From: Callorhinchus milii
Lineage: Eukaryota
Length of the DNA stretch: 64,000 nucleotides
NCBI RefSeq assembly: GCF_018977255.1
Contig: NW_024704743.1
Span: 59,460,001-59,524,000 of the forward strand
Direction of reading: 5' to 3'
Positions 52,685 to 64,000 of this stretch are shown in pieces. How positions within the stretch are numbered: position 1 is the stretch's first letter; each line of letters opens with the position of its first letter. Made by a program: the position numbers and the translations under genes. Below the pieces are notes generated by a model. It saw only the letters and a program-made list of their open reading frames with translations. It did not search any database and was not told the origin of the DNA.

Positions 52685-53632
52685 GTGGGGGGAGAAGTAA
52701 GCAGGCTCAGTTTGAGGCTGAATTTGCTCCAAGATGATGTTCTTGGTAATAAAATCAGAATTGAGTTAATCCTCTGTGGTGGTCAACCAGTCTCTGAGCC
52801 AGGCGGGTTCTTCAGGGCACTGCTGATGACACAGCAGCCAGTTATTTGGAGCAGGAATTCTTTCCACTAAGTTCCTGTTAACCCTGAAGCCAAAGCCCTG
52901 ATGGGTAGGGTAGTTGTAGCTGGATAAGCTGCAGGAATCTTGCTAGATAGTGCTGTCATTGGGACGCTATTTCTGTTTTAGCAGGTTAAACCCAATACAC
53001 ACTAGGGGTCCCCAAGCCTCAGTTCTTGCCTAGCTGTACCTACTACTCACCCAAATAAGGTGGCAATGGTGCACATTCCATTCCAGACGCAGAGAAATTT
53101 CTATGCAGTTGCCTTACATATGTTGAATTGTCAGTCTAGTTTGGATACTCAAGTATGATTTGGTTAGCCAGGTGTCTTGGCACAGGTGGAAACCCATCAA
53201 AACCAAACAGAGTTCTATGCAAGCCACCTACAACTGGAAATTACATAGATATTTTTTGTAGTGGAATGTGCAATCTCTCCCTGGAGGGACTTACTCTGCT
53301 TATCCTAATTCTGGAGAGTTTTAGGGCCAGTTGGCACAAGTTAAGGCTTGGGGACCAGAGTGTGATTTGGGTACTCCTAGAGTTTCCAGCTAGGACCACC
53401 CTACCCATTAGGCCCCCAGTGATTGGTCTGCCTTTCCAAGTCCTGGCAATGAGCCAGGCAGACTAGGCTGTCATCATCATTGTGGACATGCCTGGCTCAG
53501 GCGGGCTCAGCAACTGGACTATCACAGAGGGTTGGCTCAATTTTGACATTCTTTTGACGAGCATGTCACCTTGAAGCCAGTTAAGTTGCAAGGAAACCTG
53601 CTCACCTCTCCCCCCAAGGATGATAGTCATTA
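52685..53632. mobile_element. Degenerate palindromic (MITE-like) element with both arms present
   Basis: Left arm motifs ggggagaagtaagcagg, aattgagttaatcctctgtg, tgatgggtagggtagttgtagctgga, ggtccccaagcctc are matched in reverse complement by cctgctcacctctcccc, cacagagggttggctcaatt, tccagctaggaccaccctacccatta, aaggcttggggacc. Confidence 0.75.
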
Positions 53633-54214
53633 GTTGGTCAGACTATTGACCACTTGCCGTCAAGACTCATGTTTGACAATTGACAACTTGGGCTGGTAAC
53701 AGAAGGGCAATAGGTGCCTGTGAAAGCATAGAAAGCAAGGGGAGTGAATAATAATAATAATAATATCCTTGAGGATGAAAATAATATGTGTATCAAGTAG
53801 GATGGTAGGTTTTTGCATATGTCAAGACACCTGACACCTCAAGAATCACCCTAAAAATGAAATAGAAGGTATAGAAGATTTAAGAAACCTGTCACCAGAA
53901 TCACTTCAATTGGACTTCTAACCTGGGTTAGAAAGGGAAATCAGCCACATTTCTCAATCGACATTGGAATTACTCCTGCAGCCTGAATGATTGAACTTGA
54001 CTGTCATGCCCTCCACGGTTGAATAACACTTGCTGTCAAGACTCATGTGTGAAGATTGGCCACTTGCGCAGGTACCAAACGGCAACCGGTACTTGTGTGG
54101 CGAAAGTGTAGAAGAAAAGGGAAGTCATACTCCTTGAGAAGATGAAAGCAATATAAATAACCGTTATCTTTTACCAAAGAGCTAACTTTGCTGAATGTCC
54201 AACTCTGCTTTCAG

Positions 54215-54329
54215 ACCGAGATGCAGCAGAAAAAAGAGCCCCCCCCTGAGGATTCTGACCTTGACCGCAAGCGAAGAGAGACTGAGGCTTTACTGCAGAG
54301 CATTGGCATAGCACCAGAGCCACCACTAG
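54215..54329 (+). CDS. DYNC1I1: DYNC1I1 second coding exon
   Basis: tttcag|TEMQQKKEPPPEDSDLDRKRRETEALLQSIGIAPEPPL(G)|gtacag, 115 nt; DLDRKRRETEALLQSIG is IC1-type rather than IC2-type. Confidence 0.96.
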
Positions 54330-56572
54330 GTACAGAATGAAATACCTGTTGCACATAATCTGATCCTATTGAATATGATATTATTCTTGAGGAAGATCCT
54401 GTGTCTTAAAACGTGTACACAAAATGTTGAAATAGAAGAGGGTATGAGCAAAAAAGCTTTGTGAGTGCATTTGCACCCTCTGCTTTTGTGCTGTTTTCTT
54501 GGTCACGTTTCTAGTAGGATGAATGGAAACTTTATAATCTTAACTTGTTTAACCTAATTCCTGAATTTTATCTGCGAATCCCATTTTAAAATCCCTTCTG
54601 CATGATTGACAATGTGTGATCAGGTTCTATTCCTCCCCCCACCCCATCCCTGAACGGAATTTGTTAAAAAAAAGTTGCTTAATTTTTTTGATTGAATGAA
54701 CAAAAGGTTAATATTCAGTACATCCATACAAACTAAATGATGGGTTAAGATATCCTATAATGAACTTCACTCAACAACAATAGCAGCAGCTTGCATTTAT
54801 ATACAGTGGCACACAGGGTTGTGGTTCAATCACTGAGCTCTCAAAACATTATTGGAAATAGTAATGCTTACAAGCCAAATTGGTAGTCTACAATCATTCT
54901 GCTAGTTAGCGATCATTAAATTCACGTGGGAAAATGGAAATTAAGACATTGATTTGGGAAAATGGTGGGTGGCGGGGGGGAGGCAATGGAACAGAAAACT
55001 AATAATAGGAAAAAAAGCTGTTAAGAATTATGTTCTTAACTTAAAAGTTATTTTTAAAAACAAAAAAATTATAAATAAGGGAACAGAATTAAAAATGAGG
55101 GAATAAATGAACAAGCTAATAGAAAGGTACAATGGGGTAGGATTTTGGTTGTGTCCTGTGTGCCTCTGAAATCCATCTTCCATTTGTGCTCCTTGTTTTT
55201 GCTGTAACTATCGAACAATCTAAACTTGCCGTTTTTGCTGCATTCACAGTTAAAATTGCAAGGAATCAGATTTAAATCATTCACATGAATTTTCCACATT
55301 GGTTAAAAATTGGCTAAATTGTTTTATTCAAAATCAGGATCGCTGGTGCTTATGCAAAATTTTTAAACTGGTGAATGTCTTCCAGAGGATATTGGTAAAA
55401 CCATAGGGCAGCAATTCAATTTTACTCATTCTGTATGCTGCCTAAATTCTCCATTGCTTATTTTGAAACTTTGTTACTCAAATATTAACTGGACATGGTG
55501 GCCAAAAAAGTGACTGCTGCATCTGTTTTGCATTGTCTGTAAAACCATGTTTAAACACAGCTGTATCATACATTATGTTCACAAAGGAATTACAGATGTC
55601 CTTAATCATTTAATTAACTCCTGCACCAGGCTATTTGAGCCCAGGAGATTGAGTTCGGTGATCCCCATTCTCACTATTAAAGCCTACCACGGTCTTGCCC
55701 AACCCTACTTTTGCAACCTCCCCAAACCTTACCAACCTGTCTGCTCCCTCTACTCAGTGAGCACTGGCCTGCTTCGCGTCTTCATCCCCACCATCAGTCG
55801 TCAGGCTTTAAGCTTATCTGTCCTCACTCCATCCTGTGGTCCCTTTGGCTGATCTTTCACTACCCTCCCTCAAGATCCCCTCGAGAACTTCCTCTTTGAT
55901 CATGACTTCAGCCATGTTTTCTTCCTTCCCCCTCCTCTCCATCCTCTTGGTCTTCAACTCAACTCAGATGTAGCCCCTGGACTGCCCAGCATCTTGGAAT
56001 GCCCTCCCGATGTGAGAGATGCTAAATGTAAAAATGTATTTGATGAGAAAAATTATTCACAGGCATTTACATATGGTGCATATTATAGTTTTAACACATG
56101 ATCTATTCATGGTGTTCTCATAGTATATAATGAGGTCTTCTAATATTTGGTTTTAATCAAAACCTCCTGATAAAACACCCTCGATACAAAAAAATTGTAA
56201 ATCGGTGTTTATCCCATAACCCCTGGAAAATCCTGTCCTGACGTCAACTGCGCACGTTACTCCCTTTCTCCACCTCTCCCCTCCGAGTCCCCAGGTGTGT
56301 CTTGTGTTGCTTTGTGAGAGTGGGGAGGCACTGCGCATGTGTGAATTTGTCTCTCTCCCCTCTGTGTGCATAGGCACCCTGAATCTTATCATACAAGTTA
56401 GTGAAAGCCCCCAAAACCTACAATTTTGTTTTTAGATCCCCCAAAAATGCCAAAAAGAAAAACTTACATTTTTAAACCACGAAAAACAGTAGCCCTATAA
56501 ATAATAAACCTCCATGTCCCAATGTGCTGTTCTATATCTCAACTTGTATGAATGCAGTGATAGTCAAGCTTA

Positions 56573-56885
56573 AGTCCTGCAGTTCATTGGTAAGAGCACT
56601 CGCAAGCGAGAGAACTGGGTTCGATTCCTGGCAGGGTGAACCTTGGGCAAGTTTCCTTACTCCACACGCCTGATGATGATAATAATAATAATCACTCAAG
56701 AATAAAACACAATAATAATTTGGTCACTTAATCCACGATTGTTTATGGGACACTGCTGTGTGAAATTGGCTGCCGTGTTTTGCTCGCAAAATACGCAGTC
56801 AATTCACTTTACAGTATATTCTATGAAGCGTTTTAAGATGTCTAGATGATGTGGAACGCTAAATCAAATGCAAGGATTATTATAT
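56573..56885 (+). mobile_element. tRNA-derived SINE
   Basis: Complete head, body and tail. Confidence 0.88.
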
Positions 56886-59136
56886 CTTTATTAAGTCCTG
56901 TACTTTGTCAAATGTAAACTCTACAACATATGTTCCCGTTCTGTTATTTTTTGTTCAATTATTTCTCCAGAATGTTTTGAGTTTAATTCATGGTTTTGAG
57001 ACTTTGTTTTTTGCCGTTTCATTTTTACACTTACTCACCAGAGAGAAAAAATGCATGAATAAGTAAATTTAGTTGTGAATTAGTGTGGCTGGGTTTCAGT
57101 TGCAATTTGTAAAATCAGCTCACGAAAGAGGACTTTTAGTTTTTCCAGAAAACTTTGAAATCTGTATCTCATGTACATCAACATTGTGCCAAGGCAACCT
57201 ATTATTCTTAATACCCAATTGAGACTGCAATAGGCAAATTGAAATTATAATCAAAGTACAGTTGTTTGAATAAGTTTCCGATTTCCAATTAAAATCAAAA
57301 TGATTGTTCTTTATTGCAGTCTACTACATACCTGCAAACTTATTTGCTTGTCAATTGCACCTTCCTGGTCTAAGCTGTTGTGTTTTTTTTGCATATATCT
57401 TAAACTGAATGTTACTAAATTTAATACCGCTCCTGTCCCACTTCAAATTGCCTGTAGCTTTAATGGACTCTGAAATGGCAACACAAAAATTGTCACTAAG
57501 CATCTACAGTTGAGTGCTGCTGTCTTTTCGTTGAACTTGCAGCCAAGCACGTTTTGGCATTTAGGCTAATGATCTAAAGGAGAATTGGACATTTGTATTT
57601 GAGCTTCCCCTAGTATCTGGAAGTTCCAAAGGTCAAACTGCACTTAACTTAGAAGCTATTCTTAATATAGATATGAAATATTCCAATGATTGTTTTGCTG
57701 CGGTTCCTCAAAATGATGTATTGGGGCAGTACTTGAAGATGAGCATCGAACTACTGAATCAAAGAAACATTCAAATGTCAAACCGGAAAAGATCTTTGCA
57801 GTCCATCTGACCTAAAGTAAGAGCAAACAAATAATCTTACATTACTCTGTCTTGGTAAGTGTAAAATGAGTGCCTGTTGGAAGGGATGTTGTAATAAAAT
57901 TGTTTGCTTACAGCGATGAAGTTGAAAGTTCGGATTCAGTGGCTGGTATCTTGAGTCCTAAATAACGTTTGGATGCCACAGTGATGTGGGAAGCATCACA
58001 TCACTTAAGCTCTCTTGAGATGCTGTCCAGTGTGGAGGGCGCTATATAAATCCAAGTTGTTGTTGTTGAATAAGTCTTGGCAATGTCTGTCTCCGATCAC
58101 AATGTGAGCTGCAAATCGTGTTATCTTTTGGGATTAAATCTTAACATAAGTTGTGCAGTATTTATATATTTCATTTTGTGACCTTTGGAATAGTCAGACA
58201 CGGGGGAAAAGCGTTACAGAATCCTATTTCTGAGGTTTCTCTAGAGAATCCGTTTAAATGAAGTGTAATTAAGTAAGTCAGGCATTTGGTCCCTTTCCAT
58301 CCATAATAAAATTAAAATGGTTGGAATCAAATCGAAGTGATTAAAATGTGTCATAACATACCATAATCATTTTTAAATTGTATTGAAACTCTTAACTGTT
58401 GGTAGACCCAAAACAATACAACTAGTGGTGTAAATATGTACAAAAACAAAGGGAAATGAGTAACATGTATTTATTGTATATACATAAACAAAGGAAATTG
58501 CAGCTTCTGGGAGGGAAATCCCCAGCCCAAGAGAACCTGTTTTAATTTTCTCATGTGGCTCTGCAAAATTAGGAATCTACGATTAAATTGAACGTAATAT
58601 ACAGTCTTGACTTTTCTATCTTTTTACAAGTGCATTAAAATGTTTGCAGTAATTCATGGTATTTTGAATGGTTAATGTTATGAGCAGCCAGTGAATTACT
58701 GAACCCTTTACTGAGCACTTAAGCTTATTATCTACAGATCAGCTATCAATTGAATCAAGATTTCACAATTCTCTTATTAATCTTGGTCTGGGTTCTGCTC
58801 ATCTAAGTTGTAGTAGCATTGTCTGAAATTAATACAACACACAACATTTTTCTGCTTGGAAGGCTTGTATGCACCAAATCAAATTGCTGTAATTCACAGC
58901 AACCTATAGAGTGTGGTATGAGGTGAAACTCTGCAACATTGTGGTAAGGTGTCTTGAGTACACATTCCAAATTCATATAGAATATTTTGCAGAATCAAAA
59001 ATTAAATATTCATTTGACTTTTCCCTCTTTTCTTTCCTTTTTCTTTCGGCTTTTACCATTTCAATTCCATTTTCTGCCACGTTCCCCATTTGCTTAAATC
59101 CCTCTTATTTTCTTGTCTGACACTGCTCTCCATCAG

Positions 59137-59278
59137 TGCAGCCGCTGCGATTAGTAACATGGGATGCCTGTTATTTTCATTATTTAGTCCCAACCCCTAT
59201 GTCTCCCTCTTCGAAATCAGTGAGCACACCCAGTGAAGCCGGCAGCCAGGATTCTGGAGATTGCGGACAAGGTGGAAG
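59137..59278 (+). CDS. DYNC1I1: DYNC1I1 third coding exon with an internal alternative acceptor at 59188
   Basis: catcag|(V)[16 protein letters not shown](V)[29 protein letters not shown](R)|gtaagc, 142 nt; the gene continues beyond the window. Confidence 0.95.
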
Positions 59279-60319
59279 GTAAGCAATTTTTACTTATGCT
59301 TTGCAGGGTGCTGCTAAGTTTTTTTTAAAAAAAGACAGATTTTGCATTTGGTACCCCCTTAACCTTGGCTAAATGTATGATCTATATTCTAATTTTGAAG
59401 ATTTTTCTGTATGCGTGACCATTTTTGTTTCTCTGAGATTATTCAAACCAAGCAGCTGTACAGATTGTTGATTGGGAGTTTTTAAAAAAGTAAATTGATG
59501 TGAGAAAAGAAGGCTGCATTATGTAAAGAACAACTGAAATACTGGATCCTGAAAAAGTAGGTTAAAGGACCACATGACCTGCATTGTAGTTGGAGGCACA
59601 TGGAGTTAGCCATGTCTGCAGCTCTTCCCACAAGTTCCCAATCTTACTTTGAAGAGCTGAGTCCTTCTTTTCTCCCATTGTAATTCCATATGACCAGTTA
59701 TAGAACTGCATTTGCAAGGGAAAAAAGAGGGTTTGTCACTTGAATATGAATTATGGAACTTGGTTGGCTCTGGAAGCTTTTGTTTTGGGTGGGGGGGGAT
59801 GTATGCATCAACACAACTTGGTGGTGCGATGAGTTAGGAGAATGTGCATTCACCATTGACACCTGGGTTTGATTCCAGCTCAGACTGATGAGATGAAAGG
59901 CTACTTTGTTAGCTTGCTAGGATAGTCTAATTCAATTCCTAGTGAATGTGAGCTCACAGCTCCAAACTGACTTTTAATGTGGTCCTAAATTGGCAATTTT
60001 GCCCAGACTGTGGCTTTTGTGGCAGTAGAAAATGTTCCACTGAGTATGTTCTGAAAGTGCAACGGTTAGAGTTACAGTTTGCTCACCAGGAGCTTAAATA
60101 GTTCAAATCCTAGTCCGTGCTGAGTTTGCTGGACTCAGCCAGAGCTGTTTAGGGAGGCTAAATTGGCACCACATACCCAGTGTTAGGGAAGGGAAAACCA
60201 CCCAAGTACATTTTTGACCATGCTTTCGATCAGCTTTCCCCTCCCTACCCCTTGTCCTTCTCCTCTCCCACCCCTCCATCCCCAGCACAGGTACATATGC
60301 AACATTGCTTTTAGATAGA

Positions 60320-60652
60320 ATGCATTGCTAGAGTTGTGCTGTATTATTGGATGTGCTGTCCTTTGGATGATACATTAAACTGAGGCCCTGTCTGCCTGTT
60401 CAGGTTAAAGATCCTATGGCACTATTCGAAAACAGAAGAGAGTTTGTCCCGGTGCCCTGGCCAGCAATTCCCCCAATTCAAATTGGTAATTTGTTTTCAT
60501 GCCTGTTTGTGGACATTGCTGTGTGTAAATTGGTTGCCCTGTTCACCCACAAAACACACAGTCCCTCCATTTTAACACTGTATCCTGTAAAGTGCTTTGT
60601 GGTGTCCTCCAACATGAAAAGCACTATAATAAATGTTAGGATTATTATTATT
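60320..60652 (+). mobile_element. Deu-domain SINE relic
   Basis: ctgtcctttggatga...ttaaactgaggccctgtctgcctgttcagg...aaagatcctatggcactattcgaa. Confidence 0.8.
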
Positions 60653-61235
60653 TGAAGGGATACCCTATGTAGACTGATTTAAGGAATGTACTGTTTGAAA
60701 TAGACTGATTGAAGGCATGTACTACTGCATGTGGACTGATCAAGACAAATACTTCTGCTCTAATATACTGCTTTGGGTCAAAATGGCTACTGCTACATCA
60801 CTTCCTACGCTGCATGTGCACAGCATTGAAGACGCAACTCAAGTCTTTTGTCTTTTTCTGAAACACCCGCCTTAGTGCCTGCACATTGTGCAAGAAATCA
60901 CTTCTCTCACACTGTGCAAGCATAAAGACTGGTATGGAAACCATTTGTTTTTTTTTCTTGTGTGAATGGTTGTTGCTGTGAATGTGGCCTTTTAAAAAGC
61001 TTATCTGAAATTTGTAGATGAATCAAGAATCTTAATTTCCATAATTGTGGAAAATATTGGCGATGACTTGGGCCAATAGAAAAGTGCGGCCACTACAATC
61101 CACTACAAACTCGCTACGAATGTCGTTTCTGGCCTCGCGCTGTTTACCCAATGTCACTAACTGGAGCGGCTCCGGAGGTGCATGCGCAGTGCTGCGCAAG
61201 CGACAAATGGGCTTCACTCAGAGGCCCCGCTATTG

Positions 61236-61455
61236 TGAATGTGTGTGTGTCCCTCTCTCTGTGTGTCTCTCTCTGTCTGTTTGTGAGTGGCTCTATGTGT
61301 CTTTGTATCTCTCTGTTGGTTTTTGTGAGTGTCTGTGTGAGTGTCTCCCCTCTGTGTGTGTTTGTGAGTGTCTATATGAGTGTGTTTCCTCTGTGTGTTT
61401 GAGTGTGTCTGTGTGAATGTGTAAGTGTCTTTTTTCCTTTGTCTTTGTGTGTAGT
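61236..61455. repeat. GT/CT low-complexity tract
   Basis: Direct reading. Confidence 0.85.
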
Positions 61456-63209
61456 TTCTCCCCCCACCCTGAAAAAAAGGGCCGCCCAGTTTTTGTTAAA
61501 GAAGCAATAATTTTTTTTAATCTAATATGTGTTATTTGCTCATGTTTAGTTTTTAGCAATAAAGTGAAAAATGTAGGTTGACAGTAAAATGTTCCTCAAT
61601 AGCACCAATCAACTCTCCGCATTTTTCTTGAAAATTTCCGAAAATCTCACCAATCTCCCCGTGGTTTTTGGCAGACATTTCCACATTTTTTGATTGGCCC
61701 AGGTGATGGCTACAGTAAATAATAAATAATTCTACCAGAAACAGTTTGGGAATCCACACAATTCCCTGAGCAATATGTTCCAGGCTGTGTTTACCTCTTG
61801 TGTAGAGAAATTCTCTGTTGTCCTGCTCACTTGGCAGATCTGAAAGTATTTTCGGGCTTTTACTTTTGTATTCTTATTTAGCATTCTATATACTTCTATA
61901 TGAGATTCTCTGTGAAAAGCCGTAGCTTTTCTATTCATTCCTCGTAGTTCATTCCTCTTTCATGTTGTTGAGGTTTGTTGACTTCAGCAGCGGCTATATT
62001 TCTCAGTGACCAAAATTGGATACAGTGTGTAGTATAACCAGAGAACTGTACACCTGGAGCATGGTTTCTGGACTCAGCTCATTCTGCAGTTCAACCTCTT
62101 GATTGCCTCATTTATTGCTACCTCACACTGTTTGCATATGGTGAGAGACCAGTCAACTATATTTCATGTTTTATAACTGAATTTTTAAAAAATTGCCTGA
62201 GCGCTATAATGAGTGACTTAATTGTTAATTCGTACACATGATTGGGAGCATTTTGTGTTGTGATTGAATGATGTCATCTCAAACAGCCACATGATATTGT
62301 CTTCCCGTTGTGACTGATGGTAAACTGACTTTGAAGGCACAATTTAAAAAGGGAAGTTAATTCAATTATCGTTATTATTTTGTAAGCGCCTCCCTTACCT
62401 GACTCTTCTTCTGCTGTCAGATGATCATTTCATCTTTTTCACTGGTTAAGTACGCCATAGTTTCTCCCTTGTGGCATTTTTTAAATAGTATTATTTGATG
62501 CAGAATTTGTTGATGTGAGCTGTGAGAGATCACTAAAGTTTAGTCTGCTGTTGCGAGTGTGTACTGTAGTACAAACATCAAAGGTCTTTCTAGAAAACCT
62601 AATAACAGCTTAGTGCCTTAAGATCTGTTGTATGTATAACCATATCCCTTGGGGAAACACTTAACCTATGATTAAGTTAATATTTCTTGGCAACCTCTGA
62701 TCTGATGGTTCACAAAGGACTGTTGTCTTAGAGCTATTGAGATCTGAAGAATCCAGTTGCAGTAGGTTACTTCCATTGGCTTTGCAATTGATAGCCGCTT
62801 TGAGGTTTCTGTCAAGTAATATAAACCATCTGAGGTCTGCCTGTAGATGGCTGGGAATGACCGTAGTTACGCTGAGTGGATAGTTCACAGTTCTTATCAG
62901 AAGAATTCAGCGTCATACACACAACTGAATTACTAAAGTATCTGCTGTGTTTTGAAGATTAAAAAAGAAATAGTAAAAATGCTTTTCTACATTGTTTGTA
63001 TATTGTGATGATTTAAATATAATCTGTGGAAATGCACATTTTATTATTTTTTTGCAAGAGATACAGATGCTTCAATGCATTGTCCACAACCAGACTGATG
63101 ATGATCTGGGTTCAGTATTTCTCACATTGATGAGCTGCCTGATTTCAAATCTTGGCATCTTGGTAGTTGTTGAGTAAAAGACATGTCCTTAGGAGTCCTG
63201 TAGCTCAGC

Positions 63210-63642
63210 TTTTCACGCAGCCTCCACTTCGTCTCAGCAAACGGCTTCTCCTCCAGCCCCCTGTTCTTTCTCCCCCATATCCTACCTCTCTGACTCCCTA
63301 CCAACCTGTCCGCTCCCTCCGTTCATCGGGCTCCGGCCTGCTCCACGTCTCCCGCCCGACCCGCCCTACCATCGGTGGCCGGGCTTTCAGCCTCTCTGCC
63401 CCCACGCTCTGGAACTCCATCCCACGGTCCCTTCACCTCGCTTCCACCCTTGCCTCCTTCAAAACGGGCTCAAGACCCTTCCCCCTTGATTGTACCTTTG
63501 GTCGCCCTCCCACCTCTCTGCCTTCCCTCACCCCTACACCACTCCTACCCCATGTTCGAGTCCTGACCACTGACTGTCTAGCGCCTTGGGACGTCCTCCC
63601 GATGTGAAAGGCGCTCTATAAATGTAATTTTGTTGTTGTTGT
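63210..63642 (+). mobile_element. Internally deleted L2 derivative
   Basis: GGRAFSLSAPTLWNSIP motif and tail gcgccttgggacgtc...(ttg)n. Confidence 0.85.
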
Positions 63643-63910
63643 TTGATTCCCAGCAGGGCGAAACCTTCGGCAAGTTTCCTTACTCCACATGCCTGACATT
63701 AATCCCTCAAAGAAAAAAAGAAAAAATACAATAATAATTTGGTCACTCAATCCACTACTGTTTGTGGGACACTGCTGTATGCAATTGGCTGTCACGTTTT
63801 GCCCACAAAATATACAGTCAATTCACTTTACAGTATATTCTGTGAAGTACTTTGAGACGTCTAAAAGATGTGAAAAGCACTATATCAAATGCAAGGAGTA
63901 TTATTATTAC
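63643..63910 (+). mobile_element. tRNA-derived SINE body; its head (ggagtcctgtagctcag near 63192) is separated by an L2 derivative
   Basis: Body and tail match the family. Confidence 0.85.
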
Positions 63911-64000
63911 TGTCTTTCTTCCAGAAAGAAAGAGGAAGAAGGAATACTGTAGAGCCTTGTATATTGAAACATTTGAAAATACTTTGCAACATTTATTGCC

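Noticed and set aside
59279..64000. Apparent absence of the next DYNC1I1 exon (TLQWDTDPS-type)
   Set aside because: Not found by eye, but it may lie beyond the window end, so loss cannot be claimed.

Overview
Repeat-rich vertebrate genomic DNA. The mix of tRNA-derived SINEs with L2-type tails, Deu-domain SINEs, and CR1 and L2 relics suggests a cartilaginous fish, possibly a chimaera (inference). Three spliced genes were found by reading exons directly; the ORF track misses most of them. (1) The last two coding exons of a bacterial-type PNGase F-fold (peptide:N-glycosidase F C-terminal domain) gene on + (4809-4942, 11387-11506). (2) A complete two-coding-exon SDHAF3 on - (33231-33055 and 16783-16577, 127 aa), tail-to-tail with gene 1. 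(3) The 5' part of DYNC1I1 on + (putative non-coding exon near 41.35 kb; coding exons 52386-52493, 54215-54329, 59137-59278), head-to-head with SDHAF3, unlike the human gene order. The SDHAF3 5' end sits among three strand-skewed tandem arrays spanning 28.7-36.5 kb. One of these, a ~135-copy 30-mer, appears to be seeded from a SINE 5' end/A-box. A ~930 bp palindromic element lies in DYNC1I1 intron 2. The long ORFs at 28.9-36.7 kb are repeat artefacts. Repeat boundaries are approximate and no database searches were run.
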